Assembly (NCBI GenBank): GCA_965223295.1
Contig: CBDCWC010000003.1
Coordinates: forward strand, 224,001 to 288,000
Length of the DNA stretch: 64,000 nucleotides
Source of the DNA: Nitrospirales bacterium
GTDB lineage: Bacteria > Nitrospirota > Nitrospiria > Nitrospirales > UBA8639
Reading direction: 5' to 3'
Below, one piece after another: positions 20,779 to 30,692 of this stretch. Below the pieces are notes generated by a model. That model was not told the origin of the DNA and searched no databases. It saw nothing but the letters and a program-made list of their open reading frames with translations. Position numbers and translations under genes: made by a program. Every line of letters begins with the position of its first letter. The stretch's first letter is position 1.

Positions 20779-21362
20779 TTTTTACGATTCGAGCAAAACC
20801 CTATTGAACCCTGAAAATGCTCCTGAAAAAGACGCAATTTCTGAGAGGCAGTAGAAACAATGACTAGATGAAAATGCTGGCGAACGATGCACGACGATGC
20901 AGACCTTACCCCATAGGAAAAAATGTTCTATGGCTCACAGACTTCTGACCTTCCCGCATAGGAACTTGGGCAATTTCTAAGAAACCATAGCTCTTTTGAC
21001 TAGAAGGGCTGGCGTACCTTAAGTAAATCTGAAACTGCGCCATCGAAATATTCGTTATTGCACGTTTTTTGAAACCCTTTTAACCTTTAGCGACTGACTC
21101 AATGCTGACACCAGCCCCATTAAGGACACTTTAGTATTTGGTCTATTTCCACAATACTCCTTCTCAAGGTACCTGTCGTTGTTCTTGGGGCCCAGACTTT
21201 GTTTAAAAGAGCTGGTAAAGTCGCTGTTTGAATGGTTGAAAGTTTTTTCAAGCCCAAGTATAAGATAAGAAGATCATTTCTCGGGTAGGCCGGGGACTGA
21301 ATGCAAATCAATCGGAATACATCGCGAAAAGGCCCGATCCAACGAACTATGGAGGGATACAC

Positions 21363-22418
21363 ATGAGAATTCTTGTCACAGGTCATAAAGGGTACATTGG
21401 CACCGTCATGGTGCCCATGCTCATTCAGGAAGGGCATGATGTGGTTGGATTAGACAGCGATCTGTTTGCAGCTTGCGCTTTTGGGGAGCCGATGCAAACA
21501 ATTCCTGATATTCAAAAAGATATCCGTGATATTAAACCCTCAGATGTAGAGGGCTTTGATGCAATCATTCATCTTGCTGGCCTCTCCAATGATCCACTAG
21601 GGAATTTAGATCCACAATTGACCTACGAAATCAATCATGAGGCATCAGTCCGACTAGCAAAACTAGCGAAAGAAGTGGGGGTACCGCGGTTTCTTTTTTC
21701 GTCTTCCTGCAGCAATTATGGGGCCGGAGGAGAAGACTTGCTCAATGAAGAGTCGGCTTTCAATCCTGTCACTCCCTATGGGGAATCCAAGGTCCGTGTA
21801 GAACAGGACGTCTCCAAGTTGGCAGATTCATCCTTTACGCCAACCTTTCTGCGTAACGCCACCGTGTATGGGGTTTCACCCAGGCTTCGCTTTGATCTAG
21901 TCTTGAACAACCTCGTCGCATGGGCCTACACCAGCGGACGAGTGTATATGAAGAGTGACGGAACACCGTGGCGACCTATCGCACACATCGATGACATCTC
22001 ACGGGCCTTCGTTGCCGTCCTCCATGCCCCACTTGAGCTTGTCCATAATGAGGCTTTCAACGTTGGAGTGTCAGAAGAAAACTACCGGATTAGAGAATTA
22101 GCAGACATCGTGAAAGATACGGTACCAGGCTGTGAGATTGAATATGCAAAAGACGGAGGTCCAGATACACGTTGCTATCGTGTGGATTTCAGTAAGATTA
22201 AGCGCGTGCTACCCGATTTTCGCCCACAATGGAATGCCCGGGATGCTGCGAAACAATTGTACGAGACATACAAAAGAGTAGGACTTCGCCTTGAAGATTT
22301 TGAAGGTATCCGCTACAAGCGAATCGATCACATTAAGCATCTCTTAGAAACAAAAAAGCTGAATAATTCATTGCGATGGGAAACAACCACTGCTGACAAT
22401 GAGAAAAGCAAGGCGTAA
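21363..22418 (+). CDS. NAD-dependent epimerase/dehydratase (extended SDR)
   Basis: LVTGHKGYIG, SSCSNYG, YGESK (YxxxK). Confidence 0.92.
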   Translation: MRILVTGHKGYIGTVMVPMLIQEGHDVVGLDSDLFAACAFGEPMQTIPDIQKDIRDIKPSDVEGFDAIIHLAGLSNDPLGNLDPQLTYEINHEASVRLAKLAKEVGVPRFLFSSSCSNYGAGGEDLLNEESAFNPVTPYGESKVRVEQDVSKLADSSFTPTFLRNATVYGVSPRLRFDLVLNNLVAWAYTSGRVYMKSDGTPWRPIAHIDDISRAFVAVLHAPLELVHNEAFNVGVSEENYRIRELADIVKDTVPGCEIEYAKDGGPDTRCYRVDFSKIKRVLPDFRPQWNARDAAKQLYETYKRVGLRLEDFEGIRYKRIDHIKHLLETKKLNNSLRWETTTADNEKSKA

Positions 22419-22479
22419 TTCACTTCTAGGCGGGAATGTTTTGCGTCATTTCCAATAACGGTAACGAGCGAAAAGCTTA

Positions 22480-23688
22480 GTGAGAATTCAAGAATCATCG
22501 AAAAGGTTGGAGATCGCGAAAACCTGCTTTAACTGTGGGTCAGACAGCTTGTCTCCCTTTTATGATATCCAAAATGTTCCAGGGCACAGTTGTCTGCTTA
22601 TCGACAATCGTGATGAAGCATTGGCCTATCCTAAAGGAGATTTACAGTTAGCCTACTGTCAACACTGCGGGTTTATTGAAAATACCCTTTTCGATCCCGC
22701 TATGCATGAATATTCATCTCGCTATGAAGAAACACAAGGCTTTTCGTCTAAGTTTCAGGAATTCGCTACAAATCTTGCCAACCGACTTATTAAAAAGTAC
22801 AACATTCGAGAGAAACATATTCTGGAAATTGGCTGTGGAAAAGGAGAATTTTTGGTCCTGCTCTGCGAATTGGGCATGAACCACGGGACAGGAATTGATC
22901 CAGGATACATTCCTGAGCGAACGCAAAGTGACGCAGCCTCACGAATTACTTTTACCAGCGATTTCTATTCTGAAAAATATTCACACCTCGCCGCCGATTT
23001 CGTTGTCTGCCGCCATACACTGGAACACATACAAACGACATCCGACTTTCTTCACATGGTTCGAGGCTGTATCGGAGACCGACATGAAACGATTGTCTAC
23101 TTTGAAGTTCCCGACATGTCTCGAATACTCAAAGAACAAGCGTTTTGGGATATCTACTATGAACATTGTTCGTATTTCACTTTAGGTTCCTTAGAATATC
23201 TCTTTCGCTCATGTGGCTTTGACATTCTTAACTCTCAAAAAGACTTCAATGACCAGTATTTACTGATTGAAGCCCGCCCAAACAGTTGTTCTGAGAAAGC
23301 CATCTCTATGGACAATCATGATTTAGAGGAACTAGTTCACGACGTCGAGGCATTCAAAAAGACCGTGCCTCTAAAAATGGAAAGATGGAAGGAAACTCTT
23401 CAGTCTGCCATAGCCCAAGGAAAGCGAATTGTCATCTGGGGATCCGGATCGAAAGCTGTAGCCTATCTCACAACGTTGGGAATCGACCAAGAACTCGATT
23501 ATATCGTGGACATTAACCCACATAAACATGGGAAGTTTTCTGCAGGTACCGGACATGAGATTGTCCCGCCAGCCTTTCTTAAAGACTACAAGCCCGACCT
23601 TGTAGTTGCCATGAACCCCGTGTATTGTGATGAAATCTGTTCAGATTTGAAACAGATGGGGGTTGACGCTGACCTCATTGCAGTCTGA
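22480..23688 (+). CDS. NDP-sugar C-methyltransferase family protein 1 (TcaB9/NovU-like)
   Basis: Zn ligands CFNC and CQHC; EIGCGKG SAM motif; HTLEH; YYEHCSYF; C-terminal VDINPHKHG domain. Confidence 0.85.
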   Translation: MRIQESSKRLEIAKTCFNCGSDSLSPFYDIQNVPGHSCLLIDNRDEALAYPKGDLQLAYCQHCGFIENTLFDPAMHEYSSRYEETQGFSSKFQEFATNLANRLIKKYNIREKHILEIGCGKGEFLVLLCELGMNHGTGIDPGYIPERTQSDAASRITFTSDFYSEKYSHLAADFVVCRHTLEHIQTTSDFLHMVRGCIGDRHETIVYFEVPDMSRILKEQAFWDIYYEHCSYFTLGSLEYLFRSCGFDILNSQKDFNDQYLLIEARPNSCSEKAISMDNHDLEELVHDVEAFKKTVPLKMERWKETLQSAIAQGKRIVIWGSGSKAVAYLTTLGIDQELDYIVDINPHKHGKFSAGTGHEIVPPAFLKDYKPDLVVAMNPVYCDEICSDLKQMGVDADLIAV

Positions 23689-23719
23689 CACAGAGACACT
23701 GACAAGGAGCACAACGAGT

Positions 23720-24925
23720 ATGCAGAAAGATGACACTGAGGGAAATGGCCAACAGATACGTTGTCCTGTCTGTCAACAGGAGCATGTATCAGTATTTTTT
23801 GAGACCGAAGGACTTCCCGTTCATAGCACAGCCATCTGGCCAAGCAGAGAACAAGCCTTGAGGGCCCCTAAGGGAGATATGCGACTAGGCTTCTGTCGTA
23901 CCTGTGGAATGATGTACAACGTGGCATTTGACCCCTCCCTGATGCGATACACACAGCAGTACGAGAACTGTCTGCATTTCTCGCCACACTTTCAAGGATA
24001 CGCGAGAGACTTGGCAAACCAGCTCATCAAAAAGCACCATCTCCAGGGGAAAACCATTATCGAGATTGGGTGCGGGAGTGGTGAATTCTTGGCGATGTTG
24101 TGTGACGGCGGACAAAATCGTGGCATCGGCTTTGATCCTAGTTATGATGGGAAAAGACCAGACAGCTTACTGTTGGATCACCTCACCTTTATCAAGGGAT
24201 ATTATTCTGAGGCCTATGAAGAATATCAAGCAGACTTTATCTGTTCCAGGCATGTCTTAGAGCATGTCGAGTCTCCATCAGAATTTTTGTCACGGCTACG
24301 AAAGGCGATTGGTGATCGCCAGGATTGCATGGTGTTCTTTGAAGTGCCTACCGCCCTCTATTTGCTTCGTGATCTCAGCATTTGGGACATCATGTACGAG
24401 CATTGTTCCTACTTCTGCGAAAATTCTCTCGCATGGGTATTTGCTGAAAATGGGTTTCATGTTCAACATATATCTGAGGCCTTTTCTGGGCAAGTCTTGT
24501 GTCTTGAGGCAACACCGGCAAACGGCTCATCTCCTTCACCTGCTGAACAAGACAGTCGCCCAACAGAGATTCAGTATTTGGTAGAGGTATTTACAGATAA
24601 TTATCAAGAAAAGCTCAACACATGGAAAAAGAATTTTCAGGAATTCACCCGCAATGGTCAAAAAGCCGTCTTATGGGGTGCAGGAGCCAGAGGCTCTAGC
24701 TTTCTAAACATGCTCGACACCATCGATCATATTGAATATGCCGTGGATATCAGTCCTCGAAAACACGGGCAATACATGGGAGGAACTGGCCAACAAATCG
24801 TGGCGCCAAAAGATCTAGCACAAATTAAACCTGATGTGATTGTCCTAACGAATCCCATTTATGAAACGGAAATTAAGGACTTTGTCAACAGTATCGGCTT
24901 AGAGAGCAAGTTTCTTATAGCGTAA
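23720..24925 (+). CDS. NDP-sugar C-methyltransferase family protein 2
   Basis: CPVC and CRTC; EIGCGSG; HVLEH; MYEHCSYF. Likely start ATG 23720 after AAGGAG. Confidence 0.85.
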   Translation: MQKDDTEGNGQQIRCPVCQQEHVSVFFETEGLPVHSTAIWPSREQALRAPKGDMRLGFCRTCGMMYNVAFDPSLMRYTQQYENCLHFSPHFQGYARDLANQLIKKHHLQGKTIIEIGCGSGEFLAMLCDGGQNRGIGFDPSYDGKRPDSLLLDHLTFIKGYYSEAYEEYQADFICSRHVLEHVESPSEFLSRLRKAIGDRQDCMVFFEVPTALYLLRDLSIWDIMYEHCSYFCENSLAWVFAENGFHVQHISEAFSGQVLCLEATPANGSSPSPAEQDSRPTEIQYLVEVFTDNYQEKLNTWKKNFQEFTRNGQKAVLWGAGARGSSFLNMLDTIDHIEYAVDISPRKHGQYMGGTGQQIVAPKDLAQIKPDVIVLTNPIYETEIKDFVNSIGLESKFLIA

Positions 24926-24969
24926 CTTTTCATCGATAAGATCACCAGACGAGGACAGAAGGACACCAC

Positions 24970-26247
24970 ATGACTCAGAACTCCGAAACATTGCATCGAA
25001 CACAGGACATGCTCTCAAAAAAAGGGAGCTGCCGTTTTTGTGGCACCCCTTTGAAGCGAACGTTTGTCGACTTAGGGATGTCGCCGCCTTGTGAGAGCTA
25101 CCTAGACGAAACGCAGCTCAACCAAATGGAGCCATTTTATCCCCTTCATGCCTATGTCTGCCAAAAATGTTTGCTCGTCCAGCTTGAAGAGTATGTAAAA
25201 CCGGAACATATCTTTACGGAATACGCCTATTTTTCATCCTACTCAGATTCCTGGCTGACCCATGCGAAAGCCTATACGGAGATGGCTATCGAGCGCTTTA
25301 AGTTAGATGCCAAAAGCCTCGTGGTTGAACTCGCAAGCAACGATGGCTATTTGCTGCAGTACTTCGTTGAAAAAGACATACCTGTTCTTGGTATCGAACC
25401 AGCCGCCAACATTGCGAAAGTCGCCAACGAAAAAGGCATCAAGACCGTTGTTCAGTTTTTCGGCGAGGAAAGCGCACAGGAGATGGCACAAAAAGGCCAG
25501 CAAGCCGATCTCGTCATAGGCAACAACGTGTTAGCGCAAGTGCCGGATCTCAATGGGTTTGTAAAAGGTATGAAGATCATCCTTAAGCCACAAGGGGTGA
25601 TCACCATGGAGTTCCCACATCTCTCGCGGTTAATGGAAGAGTCTCAGTTCGACACCATTTACCATGAGCATTTTTCATATTTTTCTTTTCTGACAGTTGA
25701 GAAAATTTTTCAGGAACACGGTCTGGCCATCTTCGATGTTGAAGAACTCTGGACCCATGGAGGCTCATTACGAATCTTTGCCTGTCACAGTGACAACACG
25801 TCGAAGGAAATGAGTCAGCGAACGGCAGATCTCAGGGCCACTGAAACGGCCGCCGGCTTCGGTGAGCTTGACGCTCACCTGACCTTTGAACCGAAGGTTC
25901 GATCCATTAAGTGGAGAATACTGGATTTTCTCATTTCTGCTAAACGGGAAGGGAAATCTGTTGCTGGCTACGGTGCACCTGGGAAAGGCAATACATTGCT
26001 CAACTATTGTGGGATACGCACAGACTTTCTCGACTATACCGTCGACAGGAATCCCTACAAACAAGGCAAGTTTCTTCCCGGCACGCACATTCCCATTTTA
26101 CACCCGGACAAAATCAAAGAGACAAAGCCGGATTACCTTTTTGTCTTACCGTGGAATTTCAAGGACGAAATCATTGAACAGATGTCCCCTATACGCGAAT
26201 GGGGAGGAAAATTTCTGGTTCCCATCCCTGATGTCAAGATCTATTAA
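24970..26247 (+). CDS. NDP-sugar C-methyltransferase family protein 3 (most canonical)
   Basis: CRFC and CQKC; ELASNDG; NNVLAQ; FDTIYHEHFSY; THGGSLR; YGAPGKGNTLLN; LPWNF. Confidence 0.9.
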   Translation: MTQNSETLHRTQDMLSKKGSCRFCGTPLKRTFVDLGMSPPCESYLDETQLNQMEPFYPLHAYVCQKCLLVQLEEYVKPEHIFTEYAYFSSYSDSWLTHAKAYTEMAIERFKLDAKSLVVELASNDGYLLQYFVEKDIPVLGIEPAANIAKVANEKGIKTVVQFFGEESAQEMAQKGQQADLVIGNNVLAQVPDLNGFVKGMKIILKPQGVITMEFPHLSRLMEESQFDTIYHEHFSYFSFLTVEKIFQEHGLAIFDVEELWTHGGSLRIFACHSDNTSKEMSQRTADLRATETAAGFGELDAHLTFEPKVRSIKWRILDFLISAKREGKSVAGYGAPGKGNTLLNYCGIRTDFLDYTVDRNPYKQGKFLPGTHIPILHPDKIKETKPDYLFVLPWNFKDEIIEQMSPIREWGGKFLVPIPDVKIY

Positions 26248-26301
26248 GAGCCGAACGTTGCCAACTGGTTGGACTCCATTGGTTGAGAGTAGGAGGTCCT
26301 C

Positions 26302-27102
26302 ATGAAAGTGGTTCTGTTTTGTGGCGGATTAGGAATGCGGTTACGGGAGTACTCCGAATCGATTCCCAAACCGATGGTGAATATTGGCTATAGACCGATA
26401 CTTTGGCATGTCATGAAATACTACGCGCATTATGGACATAAAGACTTCATTCTCTGTCTTGGCTACCGAGCCGATGTGATTAAAGAATATTTTTTGCAAT
26501 ATAACGAATGCCTCTCAAATAATTTCACCATAAAAAATGGCGGAAAATCCCTGGAACTCCTGAATACCGACACCCAAGACTGGAACATCACATTCGTGGA
26601 CACCGGTCTAAAATCTAATATCGGGCAGCGCTTGAAAGCCGTCGAATCCTACATCGGGGAGGATGAGGTGTTTTTAGCAAACTATAGTGACAGCCTGACA
26701 GATTGTCCCCTACCCGACATTCTTGACCATTTCTCACAAAGCCAGAAAACAGCAAGCTTTCTCTGTGTGCGACCACCGCATAGCTTTCATGTTGTCCACA
26801 TGAAAGGCGACGGGCAAGTCACAGACGTCCGTCATGTTGGTGATTCTGGCCTATGGATTAACGGTGGGTTTTTTGTGCTTCGAAGAGAAATTTTTCAATA
26901 TATGAACGAGGGTGAAGAGTTGGTCTGTGAACCTTTTGGGCGACTTGTCGAACAAGATAAGCTCGCAGCATATCGATATAACGGATTTTGGGCAACCATG
27001 GATACGTTTAAAGAAAAGCAACATCTAGACGAACTAGATGCAAGCGGAGAGGCTCCGTGGGAACTCTGGAGGGCCTCTGGTCCAAAGCACAATCATGCTT
27101 AG
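26302..27102 (+). CDS. rfbF: Glucose-1-phosphate cytidylyltransferase
   Basis: GGLGMRLRE...PKPMV, ILWHVMKYY, VDTG, WINGGFFV, GFWATMDT. Confidence 0.88.
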   Translation: MKVVLFCGGLGMRLREYSESIPKPMVNIGYRPILWHVMKYYAHYGHKDFILCLGYRADVIKEYFLQYNECLSNNFTIKNGGKSLELLNTDTQDWNITFVDTGLKSNIGQRLKAVESYIGEDEVFLANYSDSLTDCPLPDILDHFSQSQKTASFLCVRPPHSFHVVHMKGDGQVTDVRHVGDSGLWINGGFFVLRREIFQYMNEGEELVCEPFGRLVEQDKLAAYRYNGFWATMDTFKEKQHLDELDASGEAPWELWRASGPKHNHA

Positions 27103-27748
27103 TTTGCATTTCAATACGAAACAGGACTCGCCGTTTAACGTGTTGTGTCTTGGTGCCCATGCTGACGACATAGAAATAGGATGCGGAGCAACCATCCTTA
27201 AATTGATCCAAGACTACGAGAATGTCAATTTTTACTGGGTCGTCTTCAGCGCGGATCACATAAGAGCTGAAGAAGCACGAGCAAGCGCTGACCTGTTTCT
27301 CAAAGATGCCCAGAGCCACCATGTTGTCGTGAAAACATTTCGAGAATCGTTTTTTAATTTCATCGGTGCCGAAATTAAAGAATATTTCGAGCGACTCCGT
27401 AAAGAATTTGAGCCCGATCTGATTTTGACTCATTATCGCAACGACCTCCATCAGGATCATCGAACAATTTCTGAACTGACATGGAATACCTATCGAGACC
27501 ACACAATTTTAGAGTACGAAATTCCTAAATACGATGGAGATTTAGGGAAACCAAATGTGTTTATGTCTCTGAATGAGAAGCAGTGCAAAAAAAAAGTAAG
27601 CTATATTATGAACACCTTCAAGTCCCAACAGGATAAAGGATGGTTTACAGAGGACACATTTCTCTCAATCATGAGACTTCGCGGTATTGAATCCAACGCA
27701 TCAAGTCACCACGCCGAATCATTCTATAGCCGCAAGCTTGTTCTTTAA
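27095..27748 (+). CDS. PIG-L/LmbE family deacetylase
   Basis: GAHADDIEIGCG and DLHQDH metal motifs. Likely start ATG 27095. Confidence 0.88.
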   Translation: MLSLHFNTKQDSPFNVLCLGAHADDIEIGCGATILKLIQDYENVNFYWVVFSADHIRAEEARASADLFLKDAQSHHVVVKTFRESFFNFIGAEIKEYFERLRKEFEPDLILTHYRNDLHQDHRTISELTWNTYRDHTILEYEIPKYDGDLGKPNVFMSLNEKQCKKKVSYIMNTFKSQQDKGWFTEDTFLSIMRLRGIESNASSHHAESFYSRKLVL

Positions 27749-27827
27749 AAGGCGTAGAGAGGATTGCCCTAATGAAACACTTCGAAATGAAATGGATTAT
27801 CAGCATTAGGCACGGCTCCTCACAATT

Positions 27828-29330
27828 ATGCGTCTAAAGACATTCCGGTCTGGACTCGCAGTCACGGCGTCCAACACCATTCTTAGTCTTTTCCAAGCAC
27901 TCACAGCAATTTTTTTAGCAAGACTTCTGGACCCTCAGGACTTCGGTCTGATGAGTTTAGGCGGTGCATTGGTTGGAATCTGCGGGTTACTGTCTGGGAT
28001 GGGTATGAAGGCCGCTGTCATCGCTTCAGCAGAGGAAACCAACAAAGTTGCCTTTCATGCTCTTCTCATCACCACAACGATCGGATGCCTTCTGACAGGA
28101 CTGATTATTAGTTTCGCTCCCCAATATGCCTGGTTTTTTGGCGGGAGCGACCTAATAGGAATCTGCCAGTGGATGGCCGTCATCGTCCTATTCAATGCTA
28201 TGGGCCTCATACCAGATGCTATCCTATCGAAGGGTATGATGTTCGGTCGGCGGATTATTCCAGCGACAGTGAGCTCTCTTAGCTATATGATCACCTCTGT
28301 AGGGCTAGCGTACGCTGGCTTTGGAGTATGGAGCCTCGTCTATGGCCGTCTGGTCAAATCATTTACGGCTCTAAGCGTGAACCTCCTTGTCTGTCCGACG
28401 TTGCGGTGGCTGGTACCACACAAATGGGACCCCATTGTCGCCACAACTCTAACTAAATTTGGCACAGCGACTCTAGGGACTGGCCTCGTACAGTATGGCT
28501 ATGAATATGGCGACAAACTTATTGTGGGTAAACTTTTGGGAACTACCCAGCTCGGCTTCTATAGTCAAGCCTATACGATCTCAGCGCTCACCGTCGGTCA
28601 AATTTCCATGGTTACAAACTCTGTCTTGTTTCCCGCTTACGCAACCATAAGGGAAGATAAGGCACGCCTAGCAAAGGCATTCCTTGACAGCCTTCAAATG
28701 CTATCGACTATTACCATCCCCCTTTCGATGGGACTGTTTACCTTAGCACCTGAATTGGTGATTTTTCTTATTGGAGAAAAATGGCGTGACTCAATACCGC
28801 TTCTTCAAATCTTTGCCTTTCTTGGCCTTATCCGCCCACTCTCTGGAGCGGCCTCTCCATTGTTTTTAGCTATCAACCGACCCCAATATAATTTTGGAGG
28901 CGCGATAATTCAAAGCACCGCTATGGTCATTCTTGTTATTCTACTCGTACCCTGGAAGGTTGAGGGCATTGCTCTTGCTCTTGTCAGCGCTTTTGCTATT
29001 GGTCTAATTTACAATTCGTTCATGGTATGTCGGAAAACAGCACTCCCAATCACATTGCAAGACTATCTTGTTCAAATTTCACCTGCGATTGTTGGGACAA
29101 GTATAATGATGGGAGTAGTGTGGACCTTAAAAGAGCCACTACTGAATGTGGTTGATGGCACACACAATTTCCTCTCTCTCGCAATCCTGATTATAGCCGG
29201 AGTGTTGAGTTATAGCCTGACTCTCTATGCCATCAAACCAAGCATAATTTTTGAAATGATAAATCTGGCCTTATCAGGAATTGGATTACGCGGCGAAAGT
29301 CATAACGGGAAGAGGGCAGAAAAGTCATAA
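27828..29330 (+). CDS. wzx: Polysaccharide flippase (Wzx/WzxC-like)
   Basis: LARLLDPQDFG, LGTTQLGFYSQAY, LFPAY, GEKW; many TM segments. Confidence 0.9.
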   Translation: MRLKTFRSGLAVTASNTILSLFQALTAIFLARLLDPQDFGLMSLGGALVGICGLLSGMGMKAAVIASAEETNKVAFHALLITTTIGCLLTGLIISFAPQYAWFFGGSDLIGICQWMAVIVLFNAMGLIPDAILSKGMMFGRRIIPATVSSLSYMITSVGLAYAGFGVWSLVYGRLVKSFTALSVNLLVCPTLRWLVPHKWDPIVATTLTKFGTATLGTGLVQYGYEYGDKLIVGKLLGTTQLGFYSQAYTISALTVGQISMVTNSVLFPAYATIREDKARLAKAFLDSLQMLSTITIPLSMGLFTLAPELVIFLIGEKWRDSIPLLQIFAFLGLIRPLSGAASPLFLAINRPQYNFGGAIIQSTAMVILVILLVPWKVEGIALALVSAFAIGLIYNSFMVCRKTALPITLQDYLVQISPAIVGTSIMMGVVWTLKEPLLNVVDGTHNFLSLAILIIAGVLSYSLTLYAIKPSIIFEMINLALSGIGLRGESHNGKRAEKS

Positions 29331-29410
29331 TCCCTCGAACCGTCACAACCAAAGGAAAAAACTGTAAGACCTAAGAGTTTGTTCTCCTTCCCAAAAGTTA
29401 GACCAAGTCC

Positions 29411-30641
29411 TGACCTCTCCCCCAAAATCGACGACAGCTTAAAACTGGAGTACGATGGCCGTTTCGGCAGTCCGAACGGAAAGGAGGGGGGCCATGAAGC
29501 GGTCCAAATTCTCGGAGGAGCAAGTCATCTATGCCCTTCGGCAAAGCGAAGGGGGCACACCTGTAGGCGACGTCTGTCGCCAACTGGGCGTCAGTGAGGC
29601 CACATTGTATGCCTGGAAAAAGAAGTATGCGCATCTCGGAGTGACGGAACTCCGCCGGTTGCGGCAGTTGGAGGAAGAAAACACGCGATTGAAGCGCTTG
29701 GTGGCCGATCTCTCATTGGATAAACATATGCTGTCGGAGGCCTTACGAAAAAAAGCCTGAGGCCCGCCCGCCGCCGAGAATTGGCCCAGTGGTTTCAGCA
29801 GACATTCTCGGTGAGTGGTGTGCGGGCCTGTCGCTTAGCGCAGCTTACTCGATCGGCCTGGTATCGACGAAGCCAGGCGAAAGACCAATCCGCCTTACGT
29901 CTCCGTATTCGTGATCTCGCACATGCCCGTCCACGGTTTGGGTACCTGCGGATTTGGGTCCTCTTGCGGCGGGAAGGGTGGGTCGTGAATCGGAAGCGCG
30001 TGCGGCGCCTCTATCGTCTGGAAGGGTTACAACTTCGGATGCGGGTCCGCCGACGCAAACACATGGCGTTGCACCGCGGGCCGGCACCCACTCCGGTACA
30101 ACCGAATGAGCGCTGGAGTATGGATTTTGTGCATGATACGCTGGGCGATGGCCGCCCATTTCGGATGCTCACGGTCGTCGACAACTGGAGTCGGCACGCA
30201 CCCGTACTTGAGGCGGGTTTTCGAATGTCAGGCGAGAGCGTTGGGCAGGCGCTTGATCGAGTCGTCGGCGCTAGTGCTCGACCGCGTTCATCACGGTAGA
30301 TCATGGCACCGAATTCCAATCGCGAGCGTTGGAAGAGTGGGCGTATCGGCAAGGGGTTCAGCTCGACTTCATTCGCCCCGGCAAACCAGTCGAAAACGCC
30401 TTCATTGAATCGTTTAACGGGCGATTGCGAGACGAGTGTCTCAACGTCCACCAGTTCCGGTCACTCGATGACGCGCGAGCGATCATTGAAGTCTGGCGGC
30501 TGGACTATAATCAACACCGTCCCCATAGCTCACTCGGGCATCTGACACCGAATGAGTTTTTGAACCAACATCAGGAGAGCCAGGCAGCTGAAGTCACCAT
30601 CTATTCTGGTTAAGATCTGTCTCAAAACGGGGGCAACGTCG
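29411..30641 (+). mobile_element. IS3-family element (IS407-like), copy A, with orfB frameshifted
   Basis: IRL TGACCTCTCCCCCAAAATCGACGACAG; IRR CTGTCTCAAAACGGGGGCAACGTCG. orfA 29494-29760 ends in an A7G slippery site. orfB has WSMDF and [17 protein letters not shown] but is broken by a 1-nt deletion at ~30289 ([10 protein letters not shown] motif out of frame). No TSD seen. Confidence 0.93.
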
Positions 30642-30692
30642 GACAGCCGAAAACTCTACTTTACAACTGTCCGCTTGACGGGGAAGCGTACA

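Noticed and set aside
20800-21362. ops/JUMPstart or riboswitch in the long leader of the polysaccharide operon
   Set aside because: No GGCGGTAG or recognisable aptamer was seen. An Rfam search would be needed to exclude an RNA element.
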